This document shows positions 26,238 to 35,992 of a stretch of DNA of 51,837 nt, one piece after another (within the stretch, counting starts at the first letter, position 1; each line of letters opens with the position of its first letter). A model generated the notes under the pieces. That model was not told where the DNA came from, did not search any database, and was given only the letters and a program-made list of their open reading frames with translations. Source of the stretch: Treponema sp. GTDB lineage: Bacteria; Spirochaetota; Spirochaetia; Treponematales; Breznakiellaceae. The stretch is taken from NCBI GenBank assembly GCA_031258005.1, contig JAIRNP010000073.1, positions 1-51,837 of the forward strand, written 5' to 3'. A program made the translations under genes and the position numbers.

Positions 26238-27275
26238 ATGAAAATTCTTGGTATTGAATCGTCCTGTGATGAATGTGCCGCTGCAGTGGTGGAAGACGGA
26301 ACATGGGTTCTCTCCAATGTAGTTGCTACCCAGATTCCCTTTCACGCTCTGTATAAAGGGGTGGTTCCGGAGATTGCGAGCCGTAAACATACCGAGTGGA
26401 TTTATGGAGTTGTTCAAGAGGCGCTCCTTAAGGCCGGTTTAGAACCTGCCGGCCTGGATGGAGTGGCGGTAACCGCGCACCCCGGTCTGTTAGGCTCCCT
26501 CCTGGTAGGGCTTTCCTTTGCTAAGGCCTTTGCCTGGGCTCAAAATATCCCCTTTATCGCCGTGGACCACATGCTGGCTCACCTCTACGCATCCCAGCTA
26601 TCCGAATCCCCGGCTGCCCCGACCGTACCTGCGGAATACCCCTTTTTAGGGCTGCTGGTTTCCGGTGGACACAGTATTATCTGCCGAGTGGATGATTTTG
26701 ATGCGGTTACGGTTCTGGGAACCACCATCGACGACGCCGTAGGGGAAGCCTTTGATAAGGTGTCCAACCATTACGGCTTTGGGTATCCTGGAGGGGTAGC
26801 CATAGACAAACTCGCTCAAACAGGAGACCCTTTAGCCTTCAAGTTTCCCCTGCCCAACCTGTACAAGGGGGAACATCGGTATGATCTCTCCTATTCAGGG
26901 CTCAAGACCGCGGTAATCAATCAACTGGAGCAGTTCCGTAAGAAACCGGTTTCCGAGGTGAGCCTGGGGGATATTGCGGCCTCCTTTCAGAAAACCGCTG
27001 TAGACATCCTCCTCCGCAGTCTTTTTCGGGCGGTAGAAGATACGGGGCTTCGTACCATTGTAGGCGGCGGCGGAGTGGCAGCCAATTCCTATCTCCGGCG
27101 GCTTCTGGGTGAACGGCAGGACCTACACTGTATCTTTCCCTCACTAGCGCTTTGCGGAGATAACGGCGCCATGATCGCCGGTTTGGGTTATCGATACCTT
27201 ATCCGGGGGGAACGGTCTCCCCTCACCATCCGAGCCTCTGCCCGGGTAAAAGCCTTCAAACGGTCCTATCCCTAA
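26238..27275 (+). CDS. tsaD: tRNA N6-adenosine threonylcarbamoyltransferase TsaD
   Basis: MKILGIESSCDECAAAVV...HTEWI...HMLAHLY...LLVSGGHS...GGVAANS are hallmark TsaD/Kae1 motifs. Confidence 0.9.
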   Translation: MKILGIESSCDECAAAVVEDGTWVLSNVVATQIPFHALYKGVVPEIASRKHTEWIYGVVQEALLKAGLEPAGLDGVAVTAHPGLLGSLLVGLSFAKAFAWAQNIPFIAVDHMLAHLYASQLSESPAAPTVPAEYPFLGLLVSGGHSIICRVDDFDAVTVLGTTIDDAVGEAFDKVSNHYGFGYPGGVAIDKLAQTGDPLAFKFPLPNLYKGEHRYDLSYSGLKTAVINQLEQFRKKPVSEVSLGDIAASFQKTAVDILLRSLFRAVEDTGLRTIVGGGGVAANSYLRRLLGERQDLHCIFPSLALCGDNGAMIAGLGYRYLIRGERSPLTIRASARVKAFKRSYP

Positions 27276-27462
27276 AGGAAGCGAAACAACCGGTTAATCC
27301 AAAAAGCCGTAGATCGTTTCTTGTTTCAATCCACGCGCTCACATGAAACGCGACAGCGCCCTTACCGTGGGTTTAATACCCCGCCCCCTGGGGCGTAAAA
27401 CCGGGGGCGCGGGGGATTTGTTCCCCCGCATGCGATACGCTTTCAAGGAGAAAGCTTCAATA

Positions 27463-27493
27463 CCCCGCCATTCATGGCGGGGATTCTTTATTT
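27463..27493 (+). terminator. Rho-independent terminator (plus strand, after tsaD)
   Basis: CCCCGCC-ATTCAT-GGCGGGG is followed by ATTCTTTATTT. Confidence 0.55.
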
Positions 27494-27502
27494 AATATCC
27501 AT

Positions 27503-27559
27503 AAAAAGCAAAAAGCCCTTGCCCCGCAGCGGACGACCGTGGTTTCTGTCCCGCTGCGG
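27503..27559 (-). terminator. Rho-independent terminator (minus strand, end of the purine-cluster operon)
   Basis: On the minus strand, the stem CCGCAGCGGGAC...GTCCGCTGCGG (one bulge) is followed by GGCAAGGGCTTTTTGCTTTTTAT. Confidence 0.6.
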
Positions 27560-27617
27560 AGTACCCCAAACAAGCTCTTCCATGCCTCGGTTAACCCCGA
27601 TTTCCTTTCGGCTCGCC

Positions 27618-27741
27618 TAGTGAATACTAAGGGTCCGCGAATGAACGCTCATGTTCACGGATTATTCGGATACCTTCGCGTTAATTCGCGTCATTGCGGA
27701 CTTTAGTCCCGCGGACTTTTTCCTTTTTGTCGTACCTCAGG
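27618..27741. mobile_element. Second, more diverged copy of the MITE, between the ssnA stop and its terminator
   Basis: It aligns with 22300-22407: tccgcgaaTgaacgctcatGttcaCgGattattcgGataccttcgcg...gcggactTTagtcc..gcggactttttc...gtcgTacCtcaGg. The left end is poorly conserved. Confidence 0.55.
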
Positions 27742-27746
27742 GTATT

Positions 27747-29075
27747 TTAAATCCGTTTCCACAACTTCAGGGCCTGTTCCCGGGACTTTGCCAAAAGCCC
27801 TGCTTCATCGATCCCCACAAGTTCCCGGTCTTTCATAATGACTTTGCCGTTGATAATGGTGGTATCCACATGCCTGCCTGAGATACCAAAGAGGATGTGA
27901 CTGTTGATGGTGTTTTCATGTACCGGTGTCGGCCCCGTATAATCCACGACGATAAGATCCGCATAGTGATCCTTTTTGAGCGTACCGATCTTGCCCTGAA
28001 TGAACCGTTCCATAATCCGCTTGTTGTTCTCGAAAAGCATCTGCGGCGGTTCTGCCCAGGCAACCGAAGGGATCCGCGCCGCGTGTTTATGCAAAATCGC
28101 CGCAACCTTATAGGATTCGGTCATATCCGCGGTGTAGCCGTCGGTACCCAGACCTACCAGGATCCCCTGCTTCATCATGGTCAGGACCGGCGAAACCCCT
28201 ACGGTATTTCCCATGTTCGACTCAGGGTTGTGTACTACCGCAACCCGGCTGTCTTTGAGGAGCTCCATCTCTTCCTGGGTGATGTGGATGCAATGGACCG
28301 CTATGGTTTTGTCGGAAAGTACCTTATAGTGATGCAGCCGTTCAATGACCCGCATCTGGTATTTTGCCAAGGCGTCAACCACATCTTCTATACCCTCTGC
28401 CGCGTGAAGGTGAAACCCCACATCCAGGCCGGCCGCAGCCTCGAGGCACTGATTCAGGGTCTTTTCGCTGATGGTCATCTGGGCATGGATCCCCATAAGG
28501 GCTTTCAGCATATCGGTGTTTTGCGCTTTGCAGTACTTCGCAAAATCCACGTTTTCTTTGATCCCGGCATCTTTTATGGATTCACCGTCCCGGTCGGAAA
28601 TCTCGTAACAGAGGTTGCTGCGGATACCGAAGCGCTGGGCTGCCTCGGTAATCTTGAAGAGGCTCCCTTCCACCGCATAGGGGCTGGCGTGATGATCGAT
28701 CACCGAGGTAACCCCCGAACGGATTTCGTCAATCATGGGGCCCACCGCGCTGTAATACACATCCTCCAGGGTAAGTTGCTTGTCGAGCCGCCACCACAGT
28801 CCCCGCAGCACTTCGCCGAAGGTGGTTGCCGGTTTACCGCCAAGACTCATACCCCGGGCAAAGGTACTGTAGTAGTGCATGTGGGTGTTGATAAAACCGG
28901 GCATAACCAAACGCCCCCGGGCATCCATGTAGTCCGCATCCGGGTATTTTGCCTTGACTACCCCGGTTTCACCCACTTCGGTGATCATCGTGCCGTCTAT
29001 GGCGACCGCCCCGTTTTCAATAAACGGACACGCGTCGTCTCTTGTAACGACTTTTCCATTTCCAATTACGAGCAT
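27747..29075 (-). CDS. ssnA: SsnA-type putative aminohydrolase (amidohydrolase superfamily)
   Basis: 442 aa. MLVIGNGKVVTRD...GRLVMPGFINTHMHYYSTFARGM resembles E. coli SsnA. It lies 2 nt downstream of the ygfK homolog. Confidence 0.85.
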   Translation of the reverse strand: MLVIGNGKVVTRDDACPFIENGAVAIDGTMITEVGETGVVKAKYPDADYMDARGRLVMPGFINTHMHYYSTFARGMSLGGKPATTFGEVLRGLWWRLDKQLTLEDVYYSAVGPMIDEIRSGVTSVIDHHASPYAVEGSLFKITEAAQRFGIRSNLCYEISDRDGESIKDAGIKENVDFAKYCKAQNTDMLKALMGIHAQMTISEKTLNQCLEAAAGLDVGFHLHAAEGIEDVVDALAKYQMRVIERLHHYKVLSDKTIAVHCIHITQEEMELLKDSRVAVVHNPESNMGNTVGVSPVLTMMKQGILVGLGTDGYTADMTESYKVAAILHKHAARIPSVAWAEPPQMLFENNKRIMERFIQGKIGTLKKDHYADLIVVDYTGPTPVHENTINSHILFGISGRHVDTTIINGKVIMKDRELVGIDEAGLLAKSREQALKLWKRI

Positions 29076-29077
29076 GG

Positions 29078-32000
29078 TTAAACCTCCGTTACCATATAGC
29101 TATAGGTCTGCATAAGCAGATCGATCATCCGGGCCATGTCTTGGGGAATGCCTCCCGGTTCCCCGTGCCAGGTAAGTACCGATTTATCCGCAAGCCTGAC
29201 CCGGAAGGCCCCTGTACCGAGGGACAAGAAGCCCCTATTCTGGCTATGGGTGAAATCTTCCTCACAGGAAAACACGGTGAACTTGTCCTTATACGGGGCT
29301 CCCTCGTGAGGGCAGAAGACGGCGCAGTTTCCGCACTCATTGCATAGCCGGTCGATGTGTACCACCTGATGGCCTCCCGCGCTCAAAGACGATGCAGGGT
29401 TCACCATAACATTCGCCCGGTTCGGGCATACGTCACAGCAGAGTTCGCAAATTTCCCCGCAGGAAAGACACCGGTAGGCGTCGGTGTTCCCCGGCAGCGA
29501 AGGGGCCGCTATCCCTTTCCTGGCGTAGAGGATCTCTGTATCCTGCTGGGGTTTCACCGGCACAAAATCAGCGGGGATATGGAGTTTCCGTAAAATGTCC
29601 GCTGCTATGGTTTTGCTGTCTGCCAGGGCCTTAACCACGGTGGCCGCCCCAGCCTTGCAGTCCCCGGCAATGTAGACATCTGGGACAGAACTTTCCAGGG
29701 CGGCATTCAGAACCGGAAACCCCTTGGGATTCAGGGTTACGCCGTTCCGGGTAAACAAGGCGGTATCCACCCGAGCGCCTACCGCACTAATTACCCGATC
29801 ACAGGGCAGTTCTACATAGGTACCCGTACCGGCTATGCTCCGCCGTCCCGATGCGTCGTAATCCCCCAGGCGCATCACTTCACACCGGAGCATACCCGCC
29901 TTAAAACGTTCCGGCGCACACAGTTCCATGATGCCTACCCCTTCTGCCACGGCTCCTTCCCGTTCTTCCTGCTGGGCGGGCATAAATTCCTTGGTCCTCC
30001 GGTATAGGATGCTTACGTTTTCGACTCCCCGGTTCCGTTTCGCCGCTCGGGCGCAGTCCATAGCCACATCCCCCCCGCCGATAACCGCCACCCGCTTACC
30101 CAGGTCCAAAGCGCCTCCTGAGGCTTTGAAGGCTTCCAGGAATTGGAGCGCATCCAGGGTATCACCGGCATCCAGGGGGGAACTTCCCGCTTTCCATGCT
30201 CCCGTGGCAAGCACTACAAAGGCATGATCCTTTTTAAGGCTGGAGAGGGCATACTGCTCATCCACGCCAAAAATGAACTCCACCCCAAGCTTTTCCGCAA
30301 GCCGCAAATCCCGATCCACCGCTTCACGGCTGATCCTAAAAGAAGGGATCACATGCCGAACAATGCCATAGGCGGTATCCCGTTTTTCATACACCCTCAC
30401 CGGTACCCCCTTTCTCCTGAGGTACACCGCCGCGGCTATACCCGCAGGCCCTGCACCGATAATCCCCACGGATCTATCGGTCTTCAGCGGAACCGGCTCA
30501 AGGCCGTTGATGTACGTATCTTCCGCATGTTCTGCAGCAAGACGCTTGGCCCGGCGGATTTCCAGGGAATTATCATAATCCACCCGGGTACAGATCTGTT
30601 GACACCGGTGATCGCAGAGGGTGCCGGTGATAGAAGGAGCGGTATTATCCCGGATGATAATTTCAAAAGCCCCATCATAATCACCGGCAGCAACTTTTTC
30701 CAGATACGCGGGAATCTGCTGATGCAAGGGGCAGCCTCCCTCTTGGCAGGGCGCTTTTGCACAGTCAAAGAGGGGCAGAACCGAAGCGGTTTTCCGCAAG
30801 CCCCCTTGCCGGTGTTCTTTACGGTGCCGCTTGTGCTCGGTAAGCTGTTCTGCCAGGGTATTCAGGGCAGGTACCTGGATACGGGTAAACCCAGGATCCA
30901 GCCGGGACAATAGGGTTTCGGCAAGCTCCGCAAGCTGATTGAGCCGTTCGTATCCTCCCGGCTTAAGCAGGTTGGTTGCCATGGTAACCGGACGGATACC
31001 GGTTTCGAGGATGGACGCCAGATTAAAGAAATCCGCTCCGCCGGAATAGGAGATGGAAAGGGTTCCGTTAAAGGCTTGGGATAAACGCTGCGCCACGGTA
31101 ATGGAAAGGGGAAACAGGGAGCGCCCGGACATATACATTTCCTCGCCAGGGAGTTCTTGCCTGGTAATGGCTACGGGGAAGGTGTTGGTAATCTTTACCC
31201 CAAAGGCCAGGTTTTGCTCCTCAGCCTGTACCTGCAAGCGCCGGAGCATGGCCACGGCATCGCTAAACTGGAGGTCGTTCTTGAAGTGGTGATCGTCAAA
31301 GGAAATATACCCATACCCCATATCGTCCAAGAGCCGGCGGGCGGTTTCATACCCGAGCAAGGTTGGGTTGCATTTAATGTACGTATGCATCCCCTTAGTT
31401 ACCAACAGATAGGAGGCGATCCGTTCGATCTCCTCTTTGGGACAACCGTGGAGGGTGGATAAGGTAATACTGGAAGAAACGGTACCGGGTATGGCGTCTA
31501 AATCCTTTTGGGTGAACCTTTTGAACGAAGCGATGTTCGCTTTAAGGTAATCATAACAGGTAGTCCAGACCGGTGAACCGCAGGCGTTCCGCATCCCTTC
31601 GATATAGGTATCGATCTTGGGGGACTGAATACCTTCCAGGCTGTAACCCACGCTCATGTTAAAGATAACCCGGCAAGGGTCCTCTAAATCGAACTCCTTA
31701 GCCAAGACATGCACTAAAAACCATGCCTTCACATACTCGTCAAAGGCCTGCTGCACCGTAAGCTCGGTGGACCATTCCACATTGTATCCCTCATCCGTAG
31801 CATTGATGCAGGGGCGGGCTACGCATTTCCGCAATTCCTCCCCGTCCATGATCTGCACGGTCTTAAGCTCGATGAATCGGCTTCCTGCGAGGTATGCTGC
31901 CAGAATGTTTTGGGTAAGCTGGGTGTGGGGCCCTGCGGCAGGTCCCAGGGGCGAAGCGATCCTGGTTCCAAACAGGATGATTCCTGCACCGCTTGAGTTC

Positions 32001-32110
32001 CGGTAGAAGCGATCCTTCCGTATCCCAAACACCGAATTACTGTTCTTTGCTTCCGTTTGAATCCAACGGACAAGATCCGGAAATGCGAGGGGACGCATTA
32101 TTTCACTCAT
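29078..32110 (-). CDS. ygfK: YgfK-type Fe-S/flavin oxidoreductase (annotated as putative selenate reductase subunit YgfK)
   Basis: 1010 aa. The N-terminus MSEIMRPLAFPDLVRWI...SVFGI compares with E. coli MGDIMRPIPFEEL. It has a DPD-like barrel, the dinucleotide-binding motifs IIGAGPAGIAAA and VIGGGDVAMD, and the C-terminal ferredoxin motif CNECGNCAVFCP. Confidence 0.85.
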   Translation of the reverse strand: MSEIMRPLAFPDLVRWIQTEAKNSNSVFGIRKDRFYRNSSGAGIILFGTRIASPLGPAAGPHTQLTQNILAAYLAGSRFIELKTVQIMDGEELRKCVARPCINATDEGYNVEWSTELTVQQAFDEYVKAWFLVHVLAKEFDLEDPCRVIFNMSVGYSLEGIQSPKIDTYIEGMRNACGSPVWTTCYDYLKANIASFKRFTQKDLDAIPGTVSSSITLSTLHGCPKEEIERIASYLLVTKGMHTYIKCNPTLLGYETARRLLDDMGYGYISFDDHHFKNDLQFSDAVAMLRRLQVQAEEQNLAFGVKITNTFPVAITRQELPGEEMYMSGRSLFPLSITVAQRLSQAFNGTLSISYSGGADFFNLASILETGIRPVTMATNLLKPGGYERLNQLAELAETLLSRLDPGFTRIQVPALNTLAEQLTEHKRHRKEHRQGGLRKTASVLPLFDCAKAPCQEGGCPLHQQIPAYLEKVAAGDYDGAFEIIIRDNTAPSITGTLCDHRCQQICTRVDYDNSLEIRRAKRLAAEHAEDTYINGLEPVPLKTDRSVGIIGAGPAGIAAAVYLRRKGVPVRVYEKRDTAYGIVRHVIPSFRISREAVDRDLRLAEKLGVEFIFGVDEQYALSSLKKDHAFVVLATGAWKAGSSPLDAGDTLDALQFLEAFKASGGALDLGKRVAVIGGGDVAMDCARAAKRNRGVENVSILYRRTKEFMPAQQEEREGAVAEGVGIMELCAPERFKAGMLRCEVMRLGDYDASGRRSIAGTGTYVELPCDRVISAVGARVDTALFTRNGVTLNPKGFPVLNAALESSVPDVYIAGDCKAGAATVVKALADSKTIAADILRKLHIPADFVPVKPQQDTEILYARKGIAAPSLPGNTDAYRCLSCGEICELCCDVCPNRANVMVNPASSLSAGGHQVVHIDRLCNECGNCAVFCPHEGAPYKDKFTVFSCEEDFTHSQNRGFLSLGTGAFRVRLADKSVLTWHGEPGGIPQDMARMIDLLMQTYSYMVTEV

Positions 32111-32388
32111 GATACACCTCTCTATGGTATATTGTCATCCAAATGATGCCGGTCTACGGTGCTCCTTGGTACTGATTGGACGCGGGAAAGCATCCTATGG
32201 TTCTTGCGGCCTTTTAGTCTATACCAAGTCTCGCAAAATGCACAGCATGTTGCGGTTTTTTAAGCGGAACCGATAAACCGGGCCGTCCTGCAAGCTGATA
32301 GATTAACCTTCGATCATCCGCCGGGGCGCCCGTATGTTTTCCATACCATCGCTCCTTCGATAGCCTCGCCTTGTACGGAAGGAGCCTC

Positions 32389-33321
32389 TTACCGGCTAAT
32401 CACCGTACCGGTGTTGCCTTCAATACCTTCTTTTGCCTTGGCCAGCATCGTAATGAGCGCGGTATGCTGAGGGTTTGCCCGAACAAATGCGGCAGCCGCC
32501 TCAACCTTGGGCAGCATGGAACCTTTGGCAAACTGACCCTCGGCGATGAACCGTTCCGCTTCGGCCAGGGTGAGGCTATCCAACCATTGCTGATTCGGTT
32601 TACCAAAGTTAATAGCCACTTTTTCAACTGCCGTGAGTATGATGAGCATATCCGCACCGATTATTTCCGCAAGTTTCGCTGCAGCAAAGTCTTTGTCCAC
32701 TACGGCGTTCATGCCCCGATATTGACCGTCCTTGAGCGCCACGGGAATCCCGCCCCCTCCTGCGGCAATGGGAATCTGCCCTGCCTCAAGGAGAGCCTGG
32801 ATGGTCTCGCGCTCCAGGATGTTCACCGGTTTTGGAGAAGCCACCACCCTGCGCCAGCCTCGACCGGCATCTTCCATCACCGGTACACCTGTAGCTGCCA
32901 GGTTCGCGGCTTCCTCCTGGGTCATAAATCCCCCAATCGGTTTAGTGGGCTGGGCAAAAGCCTTATCTTCGGGGTCAACCACGACCTGGGTGATGATCGT
33001 GGCTACCGGAATCGTGAGGTGCCGGGCATCCAATTCTTTTCGCAGCACATTTTGCAAATCATATCCAATGTAGCCCTGGCTCAGGGCAACACACACACTC
33101 ATGGGCAGCAGGGGGAAGTGGGGATCCGCTTTCGATGCGGTTTCAAAGGCGGTGTTAATCATACCCACTTGGGGCCCATTGCCATGGACTACCACCACAT
33201 CATACCCCCCTTCAACCATATCCGCCAATACCGCGGCGGTCCCCTGGACCGCGCTCATTTGTTCTTTTAAGGTATCCCCCAGGGCGTTACCTCCCAGGGC
33301 AATGACCACTCTTTTTTTCAT
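32389..33321 (-). CDS. arcC: Carbamate kinase
   Basis: 310 aa. MKKRVVIALGGNALG...VVVHGNGPQVG...GGGGIPV are classic carbamate kinase motifs (the yqeA position in the E. coli cluster). Confidence 0.9.
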   Translation of the reverse strand: MKKRVVIALGGNALGDTLKEQMSAVQGTAAVLADMVEGGYDVVVVHGNGPQVGMINTAFETASKADPHFPLLPMSVCVALSQGYIGYDLQNVLRKELDARHLTIPVATIITQVVVDPEDKAFAQPTKPIGGFMTQEEAANLAATGVPVMEDAGRGWRRVVASPKPVNILERETIQALLEAGQIPIAAGGGGIPVALKDGQYRGMNAVVDKDFAAAKLAEIIGADMLIILTAVEKVAINFGKPNQQWLDSLTLAEAERFIAEGQFAKGSMLPKVEAAAAFVRANPQHTALITMLAKAKEGIEGNTGTVISR

Positions 33322-33374
33322 ATTTTACCCCTTACCATTATCCTCTTAACGAGAAAGCGCTTTTGGGTAAAGCA

Positions 33375-33400
33375 GAGGCTTCAAAGAAAAGAGAAGCCTC
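33375..33400 (-). terminator. Intra-operon hairpin GAGGCTTC-N10-GAAGCCTC between ygeW and arcC (possible attenuator or processing site)
   Basis: An 8-bp perfect stem read directly. On the minus strand it is followed by a weak T-rich tail, TGCTTTACCC. Confidence 0.3.
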
Positions 33401-33450
33401 CCCGCTCCCCAGGTGTTTCACCTTATCACCGTTCATGTACGCCCGGTTCC

Positions 33451-34647
33451 TTAGAATCCCCAAAAACGCGCCTTATGGCGAGAGGCAAGTTCCTCCAACA
33501 GCTGCTGGGGATACTTGATCTTACTTAAAAAGATCATCGCCCCAATGATGTAGGGCTTATGACTTGCCTGCTTATAGAGGGGCACCCGGTAACGGTCAAA
33601 CACCGAAGCAGCCACTTCTCCTTCCCTGCAACTGACCCCGGAAATATCCGCCGGAAGACAGTGCAGATACAGGGCCTTACCGTCCCGGGTCGTCTGCATC
33701 ATCGGTTCCGTACATTCCCAGTCCTTATGACGGGCATTTTCCGCGAGCAGTTCTTTTTCAAGGGCCTTTATCCCTTCAAGGTCGCCGTCGCCGTATAGTT
33801 TTGTCCGTTTCTCCATCGCGGCAAAGGGGGCCCAGCTTTTCGGATACACGATATCCGCATCTTTGAAGGCGGCTTCCATGGAATCCGAGGTAGTAAAGGC
33901 GCCGCCACTGGCCGCCGCGTTCTTTTGGGCCATCCTTTCTATTTCCGGCATCACCTCATAGCCTTTTGGGTGGGCTAAGGATACTTCCATGCCAAAACGG
34001 GTCATTAACCCAATAACCCCCTGGGGAACCGAAAGGGGCTTGCCATAAGAGGGTGAATACGCCCAGGTCATGGCGACTTTTTTGCCTTTGAGGTTTTCAA
34101 CCCCGCCGAAATGATGGATAATATGGTTCATATCCGCCATGATCTGGGTGGGATGATCGATATCGCACTGCAGATTAACCAGGGTTGGACACTGTTCGAG
34201 GACACCCTCAAGGTACCCGTCCCGCACTGCTTTGGCGACTTCACGCATATAGGCGTTTCCCTTGCCTATATACATATCGTCTCGAATACCGATAACATCC
34301 GCCATAAAGGAAATCATGTTTGCCGTTTCCCGTAGGGTTTCTCCATGGGCGATCTGCGATTTCCCTTCGTCCAGATCCTGGACTTCGAGACCTAACAGAT
34401 TACAGGCCGAACCAAAGCTAAACCGGGTACGGGTCGAATTATCTCGGAACAGGGAAATACCCAGACCGCTGTCGAAAATTTTCGTCGAAACATTATCTTC
34501 CCGAAGCGCCCGCAACGCATCGGCCACGGTATAGGTCGCGATAATCTCATCCAGGGTTTTTTCCCAGGTAAGAAAAAAATCCCCTTGGTACATATGTTTA
34601 AAATTGAGCTGGTCCAGTTTACGGGTAAACTGCTTCATATACGTCAT
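33451..34647 (-). CDS. ygeW: YgeW-type knotted carbamoyltransferase
   Basis: 398 aa. DFFLTWEKTLDEI...KIFDSGLGISLFRDNSTRTRFSF compares with E. coli YgeW DFLLTWEQTPDEL...GLGISVFRDNSTRTRFSY. AGGAG lies 8 nt upstream of the ATG. Confidence 0.9.
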   Translation of the reverse strand: MTYMKQFTRKLDQLNFKHMYQGDFFLTWEKTLDEIIATYTVADALRALREDNVSTKIFDSGLGISLFRDNSTRTRFSFGSACNLLGLEVQDLDEGKSQIAHGETLRETANMISFMADVIGIRDDMYIGKGNAYMREVAKAVRDGYLEGVLEQCPTLVNLQCDIDHPTQIMADMNHIIHHFGGVENLKGKKVAMTWAYSPSYGKPLSVPQGVIGLMTRFGMEVSLAHPKGYEVMPEIERMAQKNAAASGGAFTTSDSMEAAFKDADIVYPKSWAPFAAMEKRTKLYGDGDLEGIKALEKELLAENARHKDWECTEPMMQTTRDGKALYLHCLPADISGVSCREGEVAASVFDRYRVPLYKQASHKPYIIGAMIFLSKIKYPQQLLEELASRHKARFWGF

Positions 34648-34718
34648 TATGCTATCTCCTTACATCAGAAACCTATCCTTTTAGGATTCCTGTATGTTAC
34701 TGTGGTGAAACTCCCGCG

Positions 34719-35918
34719 CTAGGTACCCGCGACATAAATCGAAGGAAGCGCCGCATACACTGCGGCGCAACGGACCAGATCCGCTTTCCAGGTCTTTTCA
34801 TTGGGAGCGTGAGCCTCCTCTTCCTTACCGGGCCCCAAACCGATACAGGGAATTCCGTTCCGTCCCATGATAGCCACTCCATTGGTGGAGAAGGTCCACT
34901 TGTCCACCTTGGGCTTACCGTACATACCCTCGTAAGCCTGTACCATTGCTTTAGTTGCCGGTGCATCTTCAGGAATAACCCAGGTGGGGAAATAACAGTC
35001 TATGGGGTAGACTACACCGGTATAACTGGGACGGTCGTATTGGTACATGGTTACCGCCGCACCGTATTTTTTTACGGTAGGAAGGGCTTTAATCTCATCC
35101 AGGGCGGAGATATAGGTTTCCCCTTGGGTGAGTCTCCGATCAATCGAAATGGCACACATATCCGCCACCGCGCACCGGGAAGGAGAGCTAAAGTAAATCT
35201 GAGAGACTGCCAAGGTCCCCTTGCCAAGAAAGGGGTCGTGTTTGAGCCGTTCATTCAGGGCCTTTACTTCACCGATGATTTCTCCCATCTTGTAGATCGC
35301 ATTATCACCCCGTTCAGGAGCTGACCCGTGGCAGGAAACCCCCTGTACTTCAACCCGGATCTCCATACGTCCCCGGTGCCCCCGGTAAATGTTACCGTTT
35401 GTCGGTTCGGTAATCACCACGAACTCAGGCAGAATTTTTTCTTCTTTAATAAGATACTCCCAGCATAATCCGTCGCAATCTTCTTCCTGGACCGTACCGG
35501 TAACCAGCACCCGGTACTGATCATTCAAAAGTCCCAGGTCTTTCATGATCTTGGCCCCGTACACCGCCGCTACCGGTCCGCCCAGTTGATCTGAGGTTCC
35601 CCGTCCGCCGATTTCTTCCGCGGTTTCATAGCCTTGAAAGGGATCGAACTTCCAGTTATCGGGGTTTCCTACGCCCACGGTGTCGATGTGTCCATCAAAG
35701 GCGATGAGCCTTTTACCGGCACCCATGTACCCGACAACATTGCCCATCTTATCGATACCCGCTTCATCAAAATCAAGCTTTTTCATCTCTTCCAGGATCC
35801 GAGCTGCTGTTTCTTTTTCACCGCAGCTCTCGCCAGGAAGCCGTACCAGGTCCCGTAGAAACTTAGTCATATCCGCTTCGTAAGCCTCTGCCGCCTTCTT
35901 AATCGCCGCAAAATTCAT
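34719..35918 (-). CDS. ygeY: YgeY-type M20-family hydrolase (selenium-metabolism-linked peptidase family)
   Basis: [27 protein letters not shown] compares with E. coli [26 protein letters not shown]. The start was trimmed to the ATG at 35918 (GGAG 6 nt upstream). The track start at 35954 is TTG. Confidence 0.85.
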   Translation of the reverse strand: MNFAAIKKAAEAYEADMTKFLRDLVRLPGESCGEKETAARILEEMKKLDFDEAGIDKMGNVVGYMGAGKRLIAFDGHIDTVGVGNPDNWKFDPFQGYETAEEIGGRGTSDQLGGPVAAVYGAKIMKDLGLLNDQYRVLVTGTVQEEDCDGLCWEYLIKEEKILPEFVVITEPTNGNIYRGHRGRMEIRVEVQGVSCHGSAPERGDNAIYKMGEIIGEVKALNERLKHDPFLGKGTLAVSQIYFSSPSRCAVADMCAISIDRRLTQGETYISALDEIKALPTVKKYGAAVTMYQYDRPSYTGVVYPIDCYFPTWVIPEDAPATKAMVQAYEGMYGKPKVDKWTFSTNGVAIMGRNGIPCIGLGPGKEEEAHAPNEKTWKADLVRCAAVYAALPSIYVAGT

Positions 35919-35957
35919 TGTTTGCTCCATAGCTTTCAATTTGTCAGACTTCAATAA

Positions 35958-35989
35958 GGTTGTTCAAAAACTAACGTTTTTGAACAACC
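35958..35989. repeat. Palindromic element GGTTGTTCAAAAAC-TAAC-GTTTTTGAACAACC between ygeX and ygeY
   Basis: A perfect 14-bp stem read directly. It shares the TTGTTCAA/TTGAACAA core with copies A and B. Confidence 0.65.
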
Positions 35990-35992
35990 CTC

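Noticed and set aside
27321-27493. Three units that superficially resemble degenerate CRISPR repeats: GTTTCAATCCACGCGCTCACATGAAACGCGAC, GTTTAATACCCCGCCCCCTGGGGCGTAAAAC and CTTCAATACCCCGCCATTCATGGCGGGGATTC.
   Set aside because: The spacing is irregular, at about 50 and about 82 nt. The units share only AAT(A/C)CC.CGC and no cas genes are in the window. The third unit is better explained as the tsaD terminator.
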